Source of the DNA: Candidatus Bathyarchaeia archaeon
GTDB lineage: Archaea > Thermoproteota > Bathyarchaeia > 40CM-2-53-6
Assembly: GCA_049513715.1 (NCBI GenBank)
Contig: JBEKVV010000001.1
Span: forward strand, 480,001 to 544,000
Direction of reading: 5' to 3'
DNA length: 64,000 bases
Within the stretch, counting starts at the first letter, position 1. Each line of letters begins with the position of its first letter. The notes under the pieces were generated by a model. It was given only the letters and a program-made list of their open reading frames with translations, searched no databases and was not told the origin of the DNA. Shown in pieces: positions 10,621 to 19,490 of the stretch. Both the position numbers and the translations under genes were made by a program.

Positions 10621-10766
10621 AAGGTATCCGGGTCTGGCATCGCATCACATTCGATGGCGCAAGCGTCACAGGTCTGATACCTCTTCTCACGGTATGAGTT
10701 GTCAGGCTGCTTGATCCTCAGAACTGATTCGAAGAACAGTGAACTTCCACACCTAGGACACCGCAT
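10617..10766 (-). CDS. 49-aa zinc-ribbon microprotein (not in ORF track)
   Basis: MRCPRCGSSLFFESVLRIKQPDNSYREKRYQTCDACAIECDAMPDPDTL. Its stop overlaps the UbiD ORF start (ATGA). Confidence 0.65.
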   Translation of the reverse strand: MRCPRCGSSLFFESVLRIKQPDNSYREKRYQTCDACAIECDAMPDPDTL

Positions 10767-11343
10767 CAACCATCACGGGCAGGTCAGTCCCGACCTCGCT
10801 GCTTAAGCAAGGAAGCTGAATGAAACTCAACCGTCAGAGAAGAATGAAACTGAACAGCCAGCCTCAGACAAGGATTGTTCAGCGTAGAATTGTGGAATCC
10901 AGAGAGTGCTCTACAGTAGGTAAATGTAACATTATCGTCGAAAAGGGGCTTTTCGCCTTAATTCATTGATTGTGTGTGTTTTGAGACAAAATCGTTGAGG
11001 TGAAAGTTACTCTTTTCCTGGGTTTCGCAGATCAGTTCTGCTTGGAATTTTGCTAAGTCACATTTCCGCATCTAATCAGGGAACGGAGCGTGAAATAACA
11101 CGGTTAGCAGAGGTGTTCTTCTAGGAAAAAGATGACCTATGCGGGGCGTTAAATCAAGCCTCACTCACTTTCTATGCCGATTTTTCGTCATGTCTGAGCG
11201 CTTGTTGCTTCAGCAAAGCACTCAGCCGCCAGCGTAATCCTCGAGACTCGCATTCGACAGCGTGGAACCAGGGCCGCAGCGATCCAAGTCACCGTTCACA
11301 TTAGCCAATCAGCTAACCCAAGCTAGGAATGCCGCTGGTAAGT

Positions 11344-11485
11344 TGTCCGACAGCCACTGTATAGCAACCCTACGGCTGAATTGTCCGACACGGAACCTCT
11401 CGGCTCATGGAATGTCGGACAGTGTCATACACTTGTCGGACACTTGTCATACAATTGTCGAACAGTTATCGAACAGTGTCGATTG
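11344..11485. repeat. Array of quasi-palindromic TGTC(NN)ACA 9-mers
   Basis: Copies start at 11344, 11382, 11413, 11423, 11434, 11445, 11456, with degenerate ones at 11467 and 11477. The period is 10-11 bp from 11413 onward. Confidence 0.8.
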
Positions 11486-11592
11486 CTTGTCTTCATGTTT
11501 CTTGGGTTTCAATTGAACACTAGCGGTGGACATAGTGCTCGCGAAGTTTGGGCGATTTGTAGAATAAAGAATCAGACACAGGCGACCGAATT

Positions 11593-12951
11593 TTGGGTAA
11601 GCTGTTTCTGTCGATAAGTTACGGGAAGGATGATGAATGGTTAGTGGAGGTCATTAGAAGCGAGTTTGGCGTTCATGGTATTGAGTGCGTCATAGCCCAA
11701 GAGATCTCTAAGACTCCCCCGCTACCGGTTATACTGAACAAAATACAAGCATCAAACGGTTTTCTAGCGGTGATCACTTCCAACGAGAGCGACTGGATTC
11801 AGAACGAGATTGGTATGGCCTATGCAGCATATGGAGACAGAAAACCGATTTACGGCTTAGTTGAAGAAGCAGTGCCTAAAGTCGGGGGAATTCTTCCCCT
11901 CGTGTGCAAGTACCATCGGTTTTCCAAATCAAATACTGTCGAGTTGCGGAAGCTGCTTGTTGAAATCGCAAGGGAATTTACACCGGAGGCTGCTGTTCAA
12001 ACGCACGGCGTTGTTGCGGTTTCTCCACAGCCTTGGCCTTATCGGGCTACTCAAGACTCAAGGTACCCCGTTGGGGAAGGAACGGAAATTCTAACATCAA
12101 CGGACGACCACCAGAATACAGTCAGAGTATTGGTGGCAGTAAGGCCTCATGAGGTTCTTCACGGGGATGAGGTTGTGACGGTCTACATCCCGCCGCAGTT
12201 TGACCTGACATCACCTCTGAACAATCCTTCTGAAGAGATCCACACAGATTTGCCAGCTTCTGCGGGTGACATAATGATTACAGTGAACCCTGACGAGGAT
12301 CCCAATTATCCAGGATTCTGGGTTGTGAAGGCCACGCTCAGATTCCCCGAGGCTCAGTCTTCGTTGAAAGGGGGATGGTTCAGCTTCAGGCTTTCGCAAG
12401 TCGTCGCTCCTAAGGTGGCGGGCACATACCGGTTCTACGGCAGAGATGAGATACTGGTCGTCGGGGTTACGCCTACACCGTCTCAGTTTGACTTCCACCC
12501 TATCTATGTCAAGGGTGAGTACGTGACTTGGAGTCTGTCAGGGATATTATTCCTCTCGAAAGACAAACCGTTGACACTGCCGGCTGTTGTCTGGGCAACT
12601 GGTACCGCAGCGGTTCCATCGACGCATCAGTCAACTGGCAGGAAGGTCACATCGGTTTGCTATGTAACTTCCAGGGAGAAGGGCCATTATGCTCTAGACC
12701 TCGCTCCAGGTGTCTATGACCTGTATGGTGGCGCGCTTGGCTATTCCCAATTTCTCATCGCGTCAGAACTGTCGATGTTCGAGCCTAGGGAATTGAACGG
12801 ATTTGTTCTCCATTCGCTATCCCGGGCTGATGTTTCCCTTCAGGCGAGGGAAACGATAAGGAAATGTCATTACTGCGGCGCAGAATTCTCACCGACCGAC
12901 ATAATCTGCGGGAAATGCGGCACGCCCGCTACAGACCTCGAAACTCACTGA
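11593..12951 (+). CDS. TIR-like domain protein with beta-rich central region and C-terminal zinc ribbon
   Basis: LFLSISY...KIQASNGFLAVIT..SDWIQNEIGMAYA..KPIYGL; LAPGVYDLY; CHYC...CGKC. Confidence 0.7.
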   Translation: MGKLFLSISYGKDDEWLVEVIRSEFGVHGIECVIAQEISKTPPLPVILNKIQASNGFLAVITSNESDWIQNEIGMAYAAYGDRKPIYGLVEEAVPKVGGILPLVCKYHRFSKSNTVELRKLLVEIAREFTPEAAVQTHGVVAVSPQPWPYRATQDSRYPVGEGTEILTSTDDHQNTVRVLVAVRPHEVLHGDEVVTVYIPPQFDLTSPLNNPSEEIHTDLPASAGDIMITVNPDEDPNYPGFWVVKATLRFPEAQSSLKGGWFSFRLSQVVAPKVAGTYRFYGRDEILVVGVTPTPSQFDFHPIYVKGEYVTWSLSGILFLSKDKPLTLPAVVWATGTAAVPSTHQSTGRKVTSVCYVTSREKGHYALDLAPGVYDLYGGALGYSQFLIASELSMFEPRELNGFVLHSLSRADVSLQARETIRKCHYCGAEFSPTDIICGKCGTPATDLETH

Positions 12952-13169
12952 CAGGTACCAACGGAATCCTAAGACGGCCAGAGCTAACCCAAAACTAGCC
13001 CAGACGGAATATTCCTTGCCAGAGACTCACATAAGACATGGTTTGGTTTTCCCGGCTCTAGGCTCAAACCAACTGACATTACACTAGAGACCCTAACCTT
13101 CTAACAATACTGCTTTTTTCCATCGGATTTCTGGCCCGCTTTTAATACCTTGCGAAGTATGAGAAGTAA

Positions 13170-13445
13170 GTGAAAGACATGGCGAAGCGGATACGACTTC
13201 TTGACGAAGAAGATCCCGCAATCAGAATCGTCGGATTCGTCGGCGGGTCTAAGTCCATCACCATTCCGACGGAGTGGTGCGGCGACCTCGGCATCGCGCA
13301 GGGGGACTATGTCGTCCTGTGGCGAGGAGTCTACGAGGGCACAAAGCACGGGTCAGTTGTGGTTATCCAGAAGTTGAACGCGGGGGCCACGCACCGTGAC
13401 GGCCGGCAAACCCAAACCCAAGGGAAGGCTGGGACTAGTGGCTGA
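13170..13445 (+). CDS. AbrB/MazE/SpoVT-like DNA-binding protein
   Basis: VGGSKSITIPTEWCGDLGIAQGDYV swapped-hairpin signature. Confidence 0.7.
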   Translation: MKDMAKRIRLLDEEDPAIRIVGFVGGSKSITIPTEWCGDLGIAQGDYVVLWRGVYEGTKHGSVVVIQKLNAGATHRDGRQTQTQGKAGTSG

Positions 13446-14304
13446 CCAACGCAAAGTTACAACAAGCCTCGCCACTACCATCTACGATGACCTGAAGTCG
13501 CTGGCCGATGAGCGCGAGCTTTCCGTCGCCGCGATGCTCCGGCAACTGACAGTGATGGGAGTCGCCGAGGAGAAGACGCCTGTGATGCCGCTCGGAATCG
13601 AGGCTGGCTTCGGGCCTCCGCATCTTTACTTCTTCGGCACTACCGGCCAGGGCAAGTCAACCGTCATCGACGAGTACGTGATCCCACGCCTCGGACGCGG
13701 ACGGCGGACGGTTGTCTTGACCGACAGCAGCGACGACATCAGGAAGATCTACCGGGACGCGTTCAAGGTAGTGCTCCTCGCTTCGAGCCGGAAGTTTCCG
13801 TCGTTCGACAACGAACGCTACGAGGAGATTAAGGCACTGCAGGCCGAACCGGAGTTTGAGGCGGAGGTCAGCAGGGCGATTAATGCCGTGGTGGACTCAA
13901 GACATCGGAAGATCATCGTCGCGGTTAATGCGCCTGACAAAAGGGCGAAGAAGTGGCTTGTGAACTCCTTCATAACGGAAATAGTCGGCCGTGACTGGGG
14001 CAACCCCGGACTGCTCTTCGTCGTCGAGGACGCACACAAATACGACTGCGAGGAGCTAGTCGGCAGCGGCCGAAAGAATGGCATAGTGGCCGTCCTCGCG
14101 GGCGTCAAGGAACCCGATGAAGACACCTCGCGGAACACTCGCCTCGTCCTCGGCCCGGTCGGAACCGCCACGGCGACCCGAATCGACCCGACAATCGTGG
14201 CGATATCGAAGCGGCTCGGACGAGGAGAATTCCTCTGGCAGTACTCGGCCGGACGCTGGGCAAGGTTCCGGCACGAGAAGCGGAGGGAGGCGAGGAAGCG
14301 GTGA
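13396..14304 (+). CDS. RHH domain fused to compact HerA/FtsK-like P-loop ATPase
   Basis: VTTSL..IYDDLKSLADERELSVAAMLRQL (RHH), GTTGQGKST, LFVVEDAH, GRKNG. Confidence 0.7.
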   Translation: MTAGKPKPKGRLGLVADQRKVTTSLATTIYDDLKSLADERELSVAAMLRQLTVMGVAEEKTPVMPLGIEAGFGPPHLYFFGTTGQGKSTVIDEYVIPRLGRGRRTVVLTDSSDDIRKIYRDAFKVVLLASSRKFPSFDNERYEEIKALQAEPEFEAEVSRAINAVVDSRHRKIIVAVNAPDKRAKKWLVNSFITEIVGRDWGNPGLLFVVEDAHKYDCEELVGSGRKNGIVAVLAGVKEPDEDTSRNTRLVLGPVGTATATRIDPTIVAISKRLGRGEFLWQYSAGRWARFRHEKRREARKR

Positions 14305-14347
14305 CGGGATTCTTGGTCGCCGACTGTCCGAGCTTCGTAATGCACCC

Positions 14348-14478
14348 GGTTCTGTTAACTTGGCTGGGGTGCCGAGCATTTTCTTGCCCATTGTTAACCG
14401 CTTAGGGGGTTCTGTTCTGGTTCTGCTAACTTGAGTGGGTGGCAAAACTGACTTATCTAGATGTTAACTTGTGGGGGG
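14348..14478 (+). repeat. Left cluster of TG(N)TAACTT-(N)-G-run motifs (4 copies)
   Basis: ggttctgttaacttggctgggg (14348), tgttaaccgcttaggggg (14392), ggttctgctaacttgagtgggtgg (14419), tgttaacttgtgggggg (14462). Confidence 0.75.
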
Positions 14479-14724
14479 CCACATTTCTGAACAAACCCTC
14501 CGACCAAAAACATTCTATACATCGTGAGTAGAGTAAGAAATCGGTCGAAACATTGTCTGGCAAAGACGATCAAGACTACGCACCAGTAGACGATGCTCTT
14601 ATCAAACTCAGAGAAAAAGAAAAGAAGAAAAAAGTGAATGTAACTGAAAGCGAGTCGGGTCAACAACCAGACCAGAAGTAACTCTTCTGAAATCGAAAAG
14701 CGCAAACTGTTCTACAATTATTCA

Positions 14725-15198
14725 ATGCAGACCAATAGTTGGCTACAAGATTCCAATGAGAGAATTAGCGCGAAATTTTCCAATGTTATTGTGTTGAACT
14801 CAAGTGTGCTTACGATACTATTTGGCTTGGGATATTTCCTATTTCAAAATAGACTGAATCTTAGCAATTATGGGTGGCTTACTGTTGCTCTTCCAATATT
14901 CTTTGCCTTGTGTCTTTTCATTTTCATATTAGCGATTGCAGTGGGCGTATTTTACTATCGACCAGTGGATTTCAACTTCGCCGACCCTATGGTACTTGTT
15001 GACACTCTAAAGGGGGTGCCATACGCGATTACTTTGAGTCGAATAGCGGCTACAATCGCAAAACAGGTTTCCAAAAACCGAGAGGTTGTAAACAAGAGAG
15101 GCGCTCATCTTGAATGGGTTATGACCCTAACAGCTATCGGGTTCTTCTTGATGTTTCTCACAGGGTCTTTGCTAGTCTACCTTTGGATGCTTTCTTGA
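14725..15198 (+). CDS. 3-TM membrane protein (loosely like Pycsar-effector/SLATT-type small TM proteins)
   Basis: Two N-terminal TM helices, a YRP loop, and NREVVNKRG followed by a C-terminal TM helix. The family call is tentative. Confidence 0.55.
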   Translation: MQTNSWLQDSNERISAKFSNVIVLNSSVLTILFGLGYFLFQNRLNLSNYGWLTVALPIFFALCLFIFILAIAVGVFYYRPVDFNFADPMVLVDTLKGVPYAITLSRIAATIAKQVSKNREVVNKRGAHLEWVMTLTAIGFFLMFLTGSLLVYLWMLS

Positions 15199-15335
15199 TG
15201 AGGCGATTCGCGCCCTCCATTTCAGAAGAGATGGAACGAGCCTTAGAGAAGGAACGCAAGAAGCGGATGCTAGATTCCATCCCAGAAACGGCTAGGGTAA
15301 TCATCAGCGAGTATTTGACTAGGAATTATGGGTAG
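15198..15335 (+). CDS. 45-aa ribbon-helix-helix protein
   Basis: MRRFAPSISEEMERALEKERKKRMLDSIPETARVIISEYL; TGATG overlap with the upstream gene. Confidence 0.65.
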   Translation: MRRFAPSISEEMERALEKERKKRMLDSIPETARVIISEYLTRNYG

Positions 15336-15542
15336 GTGGAACAAGTGGAAGAAGCCTTAGCGGTAGCACAACCACTAATCCAAACCGGAGCACGCATGGA
15401 AATGTGGTGCGGTATAGTTCCTCGAACACGAACAAATACACCTACTGCCTTTTTGTCACTTCCGGTTGCCTGTCTCAGTGACAAAGATGAAATAGGAGTA
15501 CGATGTCAGAGTATTTCTCACTTGATTGGAGGCTTGAAATAA
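15336..15542 (+). CDS. Hypothetical small protein
   Basis: Abuts both neighbours in a tight operon. Confidence 0.5.
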   Translation: MEQVEEALAVAQPLIQTGARMEMWCGIVPRTRTNTPTAFLSLPVACLSDKDEIGVRCQSISHLIGGLK

Positions 15543-15543
15543 G

Positions 15544-15729
15544 ATGTCTGGTGTAGGAGGAGCTGTATTGGTGCGCGTCATTCCTACTGGAACTGGATCA
15601 AAAAGAATTACCATTCCGAAAACTCTCTTAGAGGATGTGTTAGGCGACAGCGAATATGCTTTGATCGGCAAGGAAGAGGACGGTTTACTGATTCGGCCTG
15701 CCGAAATAAGGGCAGCTAAGAAACGTTAA
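15544..15729 (+). CDS. AbrB-like small DNA-binding protein
   Basis: GSKRITIPKTLLE...GLLIRPA; GGAGG upstream. Confidence 0.65.
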   Translation: MSGVGGAVLVRVIPTGTGSKRITIPKTLLEDVLGDSEYALIGKEEDGLLIRPAEIRAAKKR

Positions 15730-15762
15730 AATAGGACATGGTGTAGTGTCACCGTATCTACG

Positions 15763-15984
15763 GTGACATTGAACATGGTGGAACTGCGTGTAGGAGCTGA
15801 CACCACAGAATTTCTAGCTAAATTATTCGCAGCCGTAGTTGTAATTCACATCCTCGCCGCAGTCTTGTATCTGCCATTTTACACGTATCTCACACAACAG
15901 GAATGGATGGTTCTTTCCGATTTCATCAATGCAGTTGCGAAGGCACTTCGGGATTTCTTTGGTTCCTTCCTCGGATTCCTCTAG
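15763..15984 (+). CDS. Small membrane protein
   Basis: Hydrophobic helix LFAAVVVIHILAAVLYLPF plus an amphipathic tail. Confidence 0.55.
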   Translation: MTLNMVELRVGADTTEFLAKLFAAVVVIHILAAVLYLPFYTYLTQQEWMVLSDFINAVAKALRDFFGSFLGFL

Positions 15985-15994
15985 GGGATGTTTG

Positions 15995-16162
15995 ATGATG
16001 AAACCGAAAGACGCAGCGTTAATCGCGTTGATTGTTGAAGGTGGAGCTTGGCTATACCAACGATTGCAGAATCATCCGCTTGAATGTTCGTGCGGAGGAT
16101 GTGTCGCGATTAATCTCTCGATTCCAATGACACTGTCGTTCTGTCTTGGTGAATCAAAATGA
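15995..16162 (+). CDS. Small hydrophobic Cys/His-containing protein
   Basis: MMKPKDAALIALIVEGGAWLY...HPLECSCGGC; ATGA overlap with the next gene. Confidence 0.5.
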   Translation: MMKPKDAALIALIVEGGAWLYQRLQNHPLECSCGGCVAINLSIPMTLSFCLGESK

Positions 16163-16419
16163 AAAAAGAAGCGATGACGCAGATAGTCAATGAGGAACTA
16201 GCGCATATTCCGAGAACGGGTAGGCACATCTATGATGCTCAAGCGCAACTACGAGGAATGTACAACGCCATGCGGAGACATGGCCTTAAGTTCGGCAAAA
16301 CGAAGGAAAGAACTCTAGTAGAGTGTATCGAGTTTTTGAGGAAAGATCATCCGTCTTGGCAACCAGTGTTTGACAAAGCATTCTTCCTCATGCAAGAGTC
16401 AGAGGTGATTCAGTCTTGA
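16159..16419 (+). CDS. Hypothetical protein
   Basis: 86-aa ORF overlapping both neighbours by 4 nt. Confidence 0.6.
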   Translation: MKKEAMTQIVNEELAHIPRTGRHIYDAQAQLRGMYNAMRRHGLKFGKTKERTLVECIEFLRKDHPSWQPVFDKAFFLMQESEVIQS

Positions 16420-16664
16420 GCTATAGAGTAGGTCGAAGTCGAATGTTTACGAGGCGAAACAACCCCCGGTACTACAGGCTAGGGCACATTCCGCGTTCCA
16501 AGATTCAACCTTCAAAGATTGGGGATGCGATAATCGATAAAGTCGTCCCCGATCATGCCGAAATCAAAGTCGGTGGGCCTGCTCCATTCCCACGAGCAAA
16601 GGTTGAATGGGACAGGGAAAAGAAGGTACGAATCTCTCAACTTCGTAAGCGGTTCCTTGAGTAG
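16416..16664 (+). CDS. Basic hypothetical protein
   Basis: GAGGTGA SD, TTGA overlap, Arg/Lys-rich. Confidence 0.6.
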   Translation: MSYRVGRSRMFTRRNNPRYYRLGHIPRSKIQPSKIGDAIIDKVVPDHAEIKVGGPAPFPRAKVEWDREKKVRISQLRKRFLE

Positions 16665-16668
16665 GCAA

Positions 16669-16719
16669 CCCCCCACGAGTTACCAGACCAACAAACCACC
16701 CATTGAAGTTACCAGAACC
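16669..16719 (-). repeat. Right cluster: inverted copies of the 14419 and 14462 motifs
   Basis: Reverse complement GGTTCTGGTAACTTCAATGGGTGG matches 14419-14442 at 21/24. TGGTAACTCGTGGGGGG matches 14462-14478 at 15/17. Confidence 0.75.
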
Positions 16720-16891
16720 ATGCACCCCCCACCCCCACTGCGAAAGGGCAAAAACCGGAGGAATACGTAGGTTTCCGCGCATTCCAGCCCTTTTTTCTCC
16801 GGTTGGTTTGGCTATCAGAAACTTGACGACACTTAGTTTGCGCGGCCAAACAGGTGGTGCTCGCTCCGCTGCCTCAGATCATTGAATATTG

Positions 16892-17197
16892 TTACCTATT
16901 GAATCGTTCAAGAAAGAGAAGGCAGAAGATGGCGAGGGCAATTCCACATAGAATGGACAGAAACACAGCGCCATTCCCTGTGAGACAATGCGCCCACAGG
17001 CTAACGGATATGATTGTTGCAACATTAGAAGTCGCCCCCAGTAGTAAGCGGAGCACAATCAGAAGACCAATAACAGCCAAAAATATTCCTTGAAGGATTT
17101 TCGATAGGAATTCCAACTTAAGGTTTGACCATTGTGCAAGCAAGGATGGTCTTAGCCGAATTGCAATAAGAACTATGCCCGTCGCAAACGGCAGCAA
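16892..17197 (-). CDS. Membrane protein, probably a 5'-truncated remnant
   Basis: Three hydrophobic segments. The frame stays open upstream without a canonical start. Confidence 0.4.
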   Translation of the reverse strand: MLPFATGIVLIAIRLRPSLLAQWSNLKLEFLSKILQGIFLAVIGLLIVLRLLLGATSNVATIISVSLWAHCLTGNGAVFLSILCGIALAIFCLLFLERFNR

Positions 17198-18126
17198 TGT
17201 GAGAAACGATTGATTCTCGGCAAAAGACCAGAAGGTTTCCAGTGTCGGCTTCTCAAAGAAAGTGCGAACGATGCTATTTCCTTCACATTCGCCGAACCCA
17301 AGGTGAACGAATAGCGCAGATGTTCCTCAATCCAAGAGAACGGAAATCGCATACAACACTATTAGGGATGCAAAGCCTCGCTGGCTTCGGATATTCTTAA
17401 GGAAAGCAAACATTACGATCATCTTTCAAGATAAGGTGCTGCAGCACTTGCAATATTCTAGTCGGTTTCGCGACGACGCGCATTTTCGCCATTCGAATTC
17501 GTGACTGTGGGCCTATTCGCTCGTTGGGGGGCCAAGGGCCAACGTACTTCGACATAGCCAACTATCGCTCTTCTAGCTTGCGTCTCGCAACTTAGCGTTG
17601 TCTCCGATGGATACTGGTCGGCATGAATGGCGGGTGTGGGACAACGCGGGCGAGTCTTGCGACATCGAAGAACGCAGAGTTCAACGACGCCACTACTCGC
17701 CGGTCGCCCCGGTCGGATACAGACAGTAGCGCTCAGCATTAGCCTCTTACAGGTCTGCTGTTAGCGCATCCAATCTCTACGTTGAGTATTAAAAGACCGA
17801 AGAAATTCATGCATCTGAGATTAGAGACAGCAAGGGACAAACTGTTCAGCTCACTGGTGTCCCTACCGACACTTGGGGGCGGCCGCCTGAAACTTGGGCC
17901 GGGTTGGAGACGGAGCGGTAGCGGCCTAGGGCTGAAAGTGAAAGGGATTGGAAAGTGGGGGGCCGCTGCCGAAACAGAAGGCGGGAGATGGGAGGGTGAG
18001 CGGAAGCGGGTGGAAAGGGGAATTGAAAGGGGAGCAAACGGGAATTGAGCGGGAAGAAAAGCATCATGGCCAAGATCATACAAAGGGCCAAAAGGGCCAA
18101 AGTGTCGGCGGACGGACGCTCGCCGG

Positions 18127-18285
18127 TCAGACATTCTCGACGATCAGCCGCTTGCCTTCGACTTTGAGCTTGACCTCTCCCTTTTCGTCAGGCAGGGGGA
18201 ACTGCGAGTCCCCGCTGATGATGATCGGCACATAGATCAGGAATCGTCCGTCCGCTCTCCAATAGCTTCCCTTCCCTTCCAGCAT
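18127..18285 (-). CDS. 52-aa AbrB-like protein (not in ORF track)
   Basis: MLEGKGSYWRADGRFLIYVPIIISGDSQFPLPDEKGEVKLKVEGKRLIVENV; visibly similar to 51790-51963. Confidence 0.7.
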   Translation of the reverse strand: MLEGKGSYWRADGRFLIYVPIIISGDSQFPLPDEKGEVKLKVEGKRLIVENV

Positions 18286-18347
18286 TGTCGTTTGCCGCGT
18301 CTCTGGAAGAGATACACTTATTTGTTTCTTCCTACGTATAACCCTGC

Positions 18348-18378
18348 GTCTAACGGCACGTTGAACTCTTCGTTAGAC
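18348..18378. promoter_or_regulatory. 8-bp inverted repeat between divergent genes (candidate operator)
   Basis: GTCTAACG-N15-CGTTAGAC. Confidence 0.45.
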
Positions 18379-18391
18379 ACGAAACTTCCAT

Positions 18392-19279
18392 GTGAGAAAG
18401 AAAGAAAAAGGAGGCGTTCCGAGAATGGCTTTGAGCGTAGTGGTTCGAGTCCGTCTGAGCCGGAAGGTTGAGGAGATCGTCGGGTCTCCGTCCTGGGGCG
18501 GACGCGACAGGTTTCTGGAAAGAGTGAGTTCGTGCTGGCTGTACGCCGAACCCAACCGGAAGTGGGATGGTAAGCGATGGATTGACCTTGGAATCCGGCA
18601 GGTTTTGGTGGCCGGCAACGCGAAGCTGATCCTTGCTCCGCGTGACGGGCAGACTTGGCAGTGGGACGCCACAGACATCTACCACGCGGGGAAGAACGAC
18701 TGGGCGGTCGCCATCGCCGGCCAGGAGGCTGAGGCCGAGTTTCTATCGTCCGATGCCGCGTGCATGGAAACCGTAGGAAAAGAAGTCGTCGAGGCTGCGC
18801 CGACAGTTCAGCCGATTGCTCCCGCGTCTCAGGAAGCGCCGAAAACGCCGATCAGAAAGTGTCCGAAGTGCGGGGCCAGCCAAAAAGAAGAAGCGAAATT
18901 CTGTGACGGTTGCGGGGCGAAGCTTCCCGAATTCCTTGTCCGGGAGTTCGCCATAGTTTTCTTCGACGACCGTGAAAAACTGGCAGAGTTTCAGGACGCG
19001 AGGGTCAACGCGGCCCTTGTCCGCGCAGAGAGGGGTAGGAAGGTCAGCCGACAAGTCCTATTCGATGACCGCTACGCCGTTCTTCTCCGTGCTTCGGCTA
19101 AGGATGCGAGTTCGGCAGCGGACTTGGACACTCTTCGAGCAGTATTCGCAGAGTTCGAGGACGGAACGAAGACGAAGTACGGCGAAGTCCTTACGGACGC
19201 TTACGAACTAAAAACACTGCGCAAGATGCTGCTCGAAAAATATCCCGAGTCGGAGCTGTGGCGCGGGGACGAAGAGTAG
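18392..19279 (+). CDS. Hypothetical protein with central zinc ribbon
   Basis: CPKCGA...FCDGCG after a Pro/Ala linker. An alternative ATG lies about 11 codons downstream. Confidence 0.7.
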   Translation: MRKKEKGGVPRMALSVVVRVRLSRKVEEIVGSPSWGGRDRFLERVSSCWLYAEPNRKWDGKRWIDLGIRQVLVAGNAKLILAPRDGQTWQWDATDIYHAGKNDWAVAIAGQEAEAEFLSSDAACMETVGKEVVEAAPTVQPIAPASQEAPKTPIRKCPKCGASQKEEAKFCDGCGAKLPEFLVREFAIVFFDDREKLAEFQDARVNAALVRAERGRKVSRQVLFDDRYAVLLRASAKDASSAADLDTLRAVFAEFEDGTKTKYGEVLTDAYELKTLRKMLLEKYPESELWRGDEE

Positions 19280-19298
19280 TTGCGGGAGGTGACTTGAC

Positions 19299-19487
19299 CT
19301 GTTCAGAAATAGGGTTGGTCTGGCCGGCGTCGGCGCCGTAATCGCGGGGGTATGGCTTCTCTGCTTCGCGGTTGCTTCGGCAATCGTGTCCGCGTACCAG
19401 TCGGCCTACTGGCCTGCCTTCTACGCGATGGCTGTCGGAGCTTCCCTCGTTGCTTCCGGCACGGTGTTGGCCAGAACGTTCAGGTAG
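19299..19487 (+). CDS. 62-aa two-TM Ala/Gly-rich microprotein, CTG start (not in ORF track)
   Basis: Perfect GGAGGTGA SD 6 nt upstream. Reads FRNRVGLAGVGAVIAGVWLLCFAVASAIVSAYQSAYWPAFYAMAVGASLVASGTVLARTFR. Confidence 0.6.
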   Translation: MFRNRVGLAGVGAVIAGVWLLCFAVASAIVSAYQSAYWPAFYAMAVGASLVASGTVLARTFR

Positions 19488-19490
19488 GGG

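Noticed and set aside
14348..14478. Chromosomal ORB origin boxes
   Set aside because: G-runs are present, but the TCCA-N-TGGAA core is absent and there is no cdc6/orc1 in the window.
17930..18060. CRISPR-like ATTGAAAG ends
   Set aside because: There is no constant 25-40 bp repeat and no regular spacing.
18348..18378. Integron attC (RYYYAAC...GTTRRRY)
   Set aside because: It is only 31 bp, has no L boxes and is not repeated after other ORFs. No IntI-type integrase was recognised.
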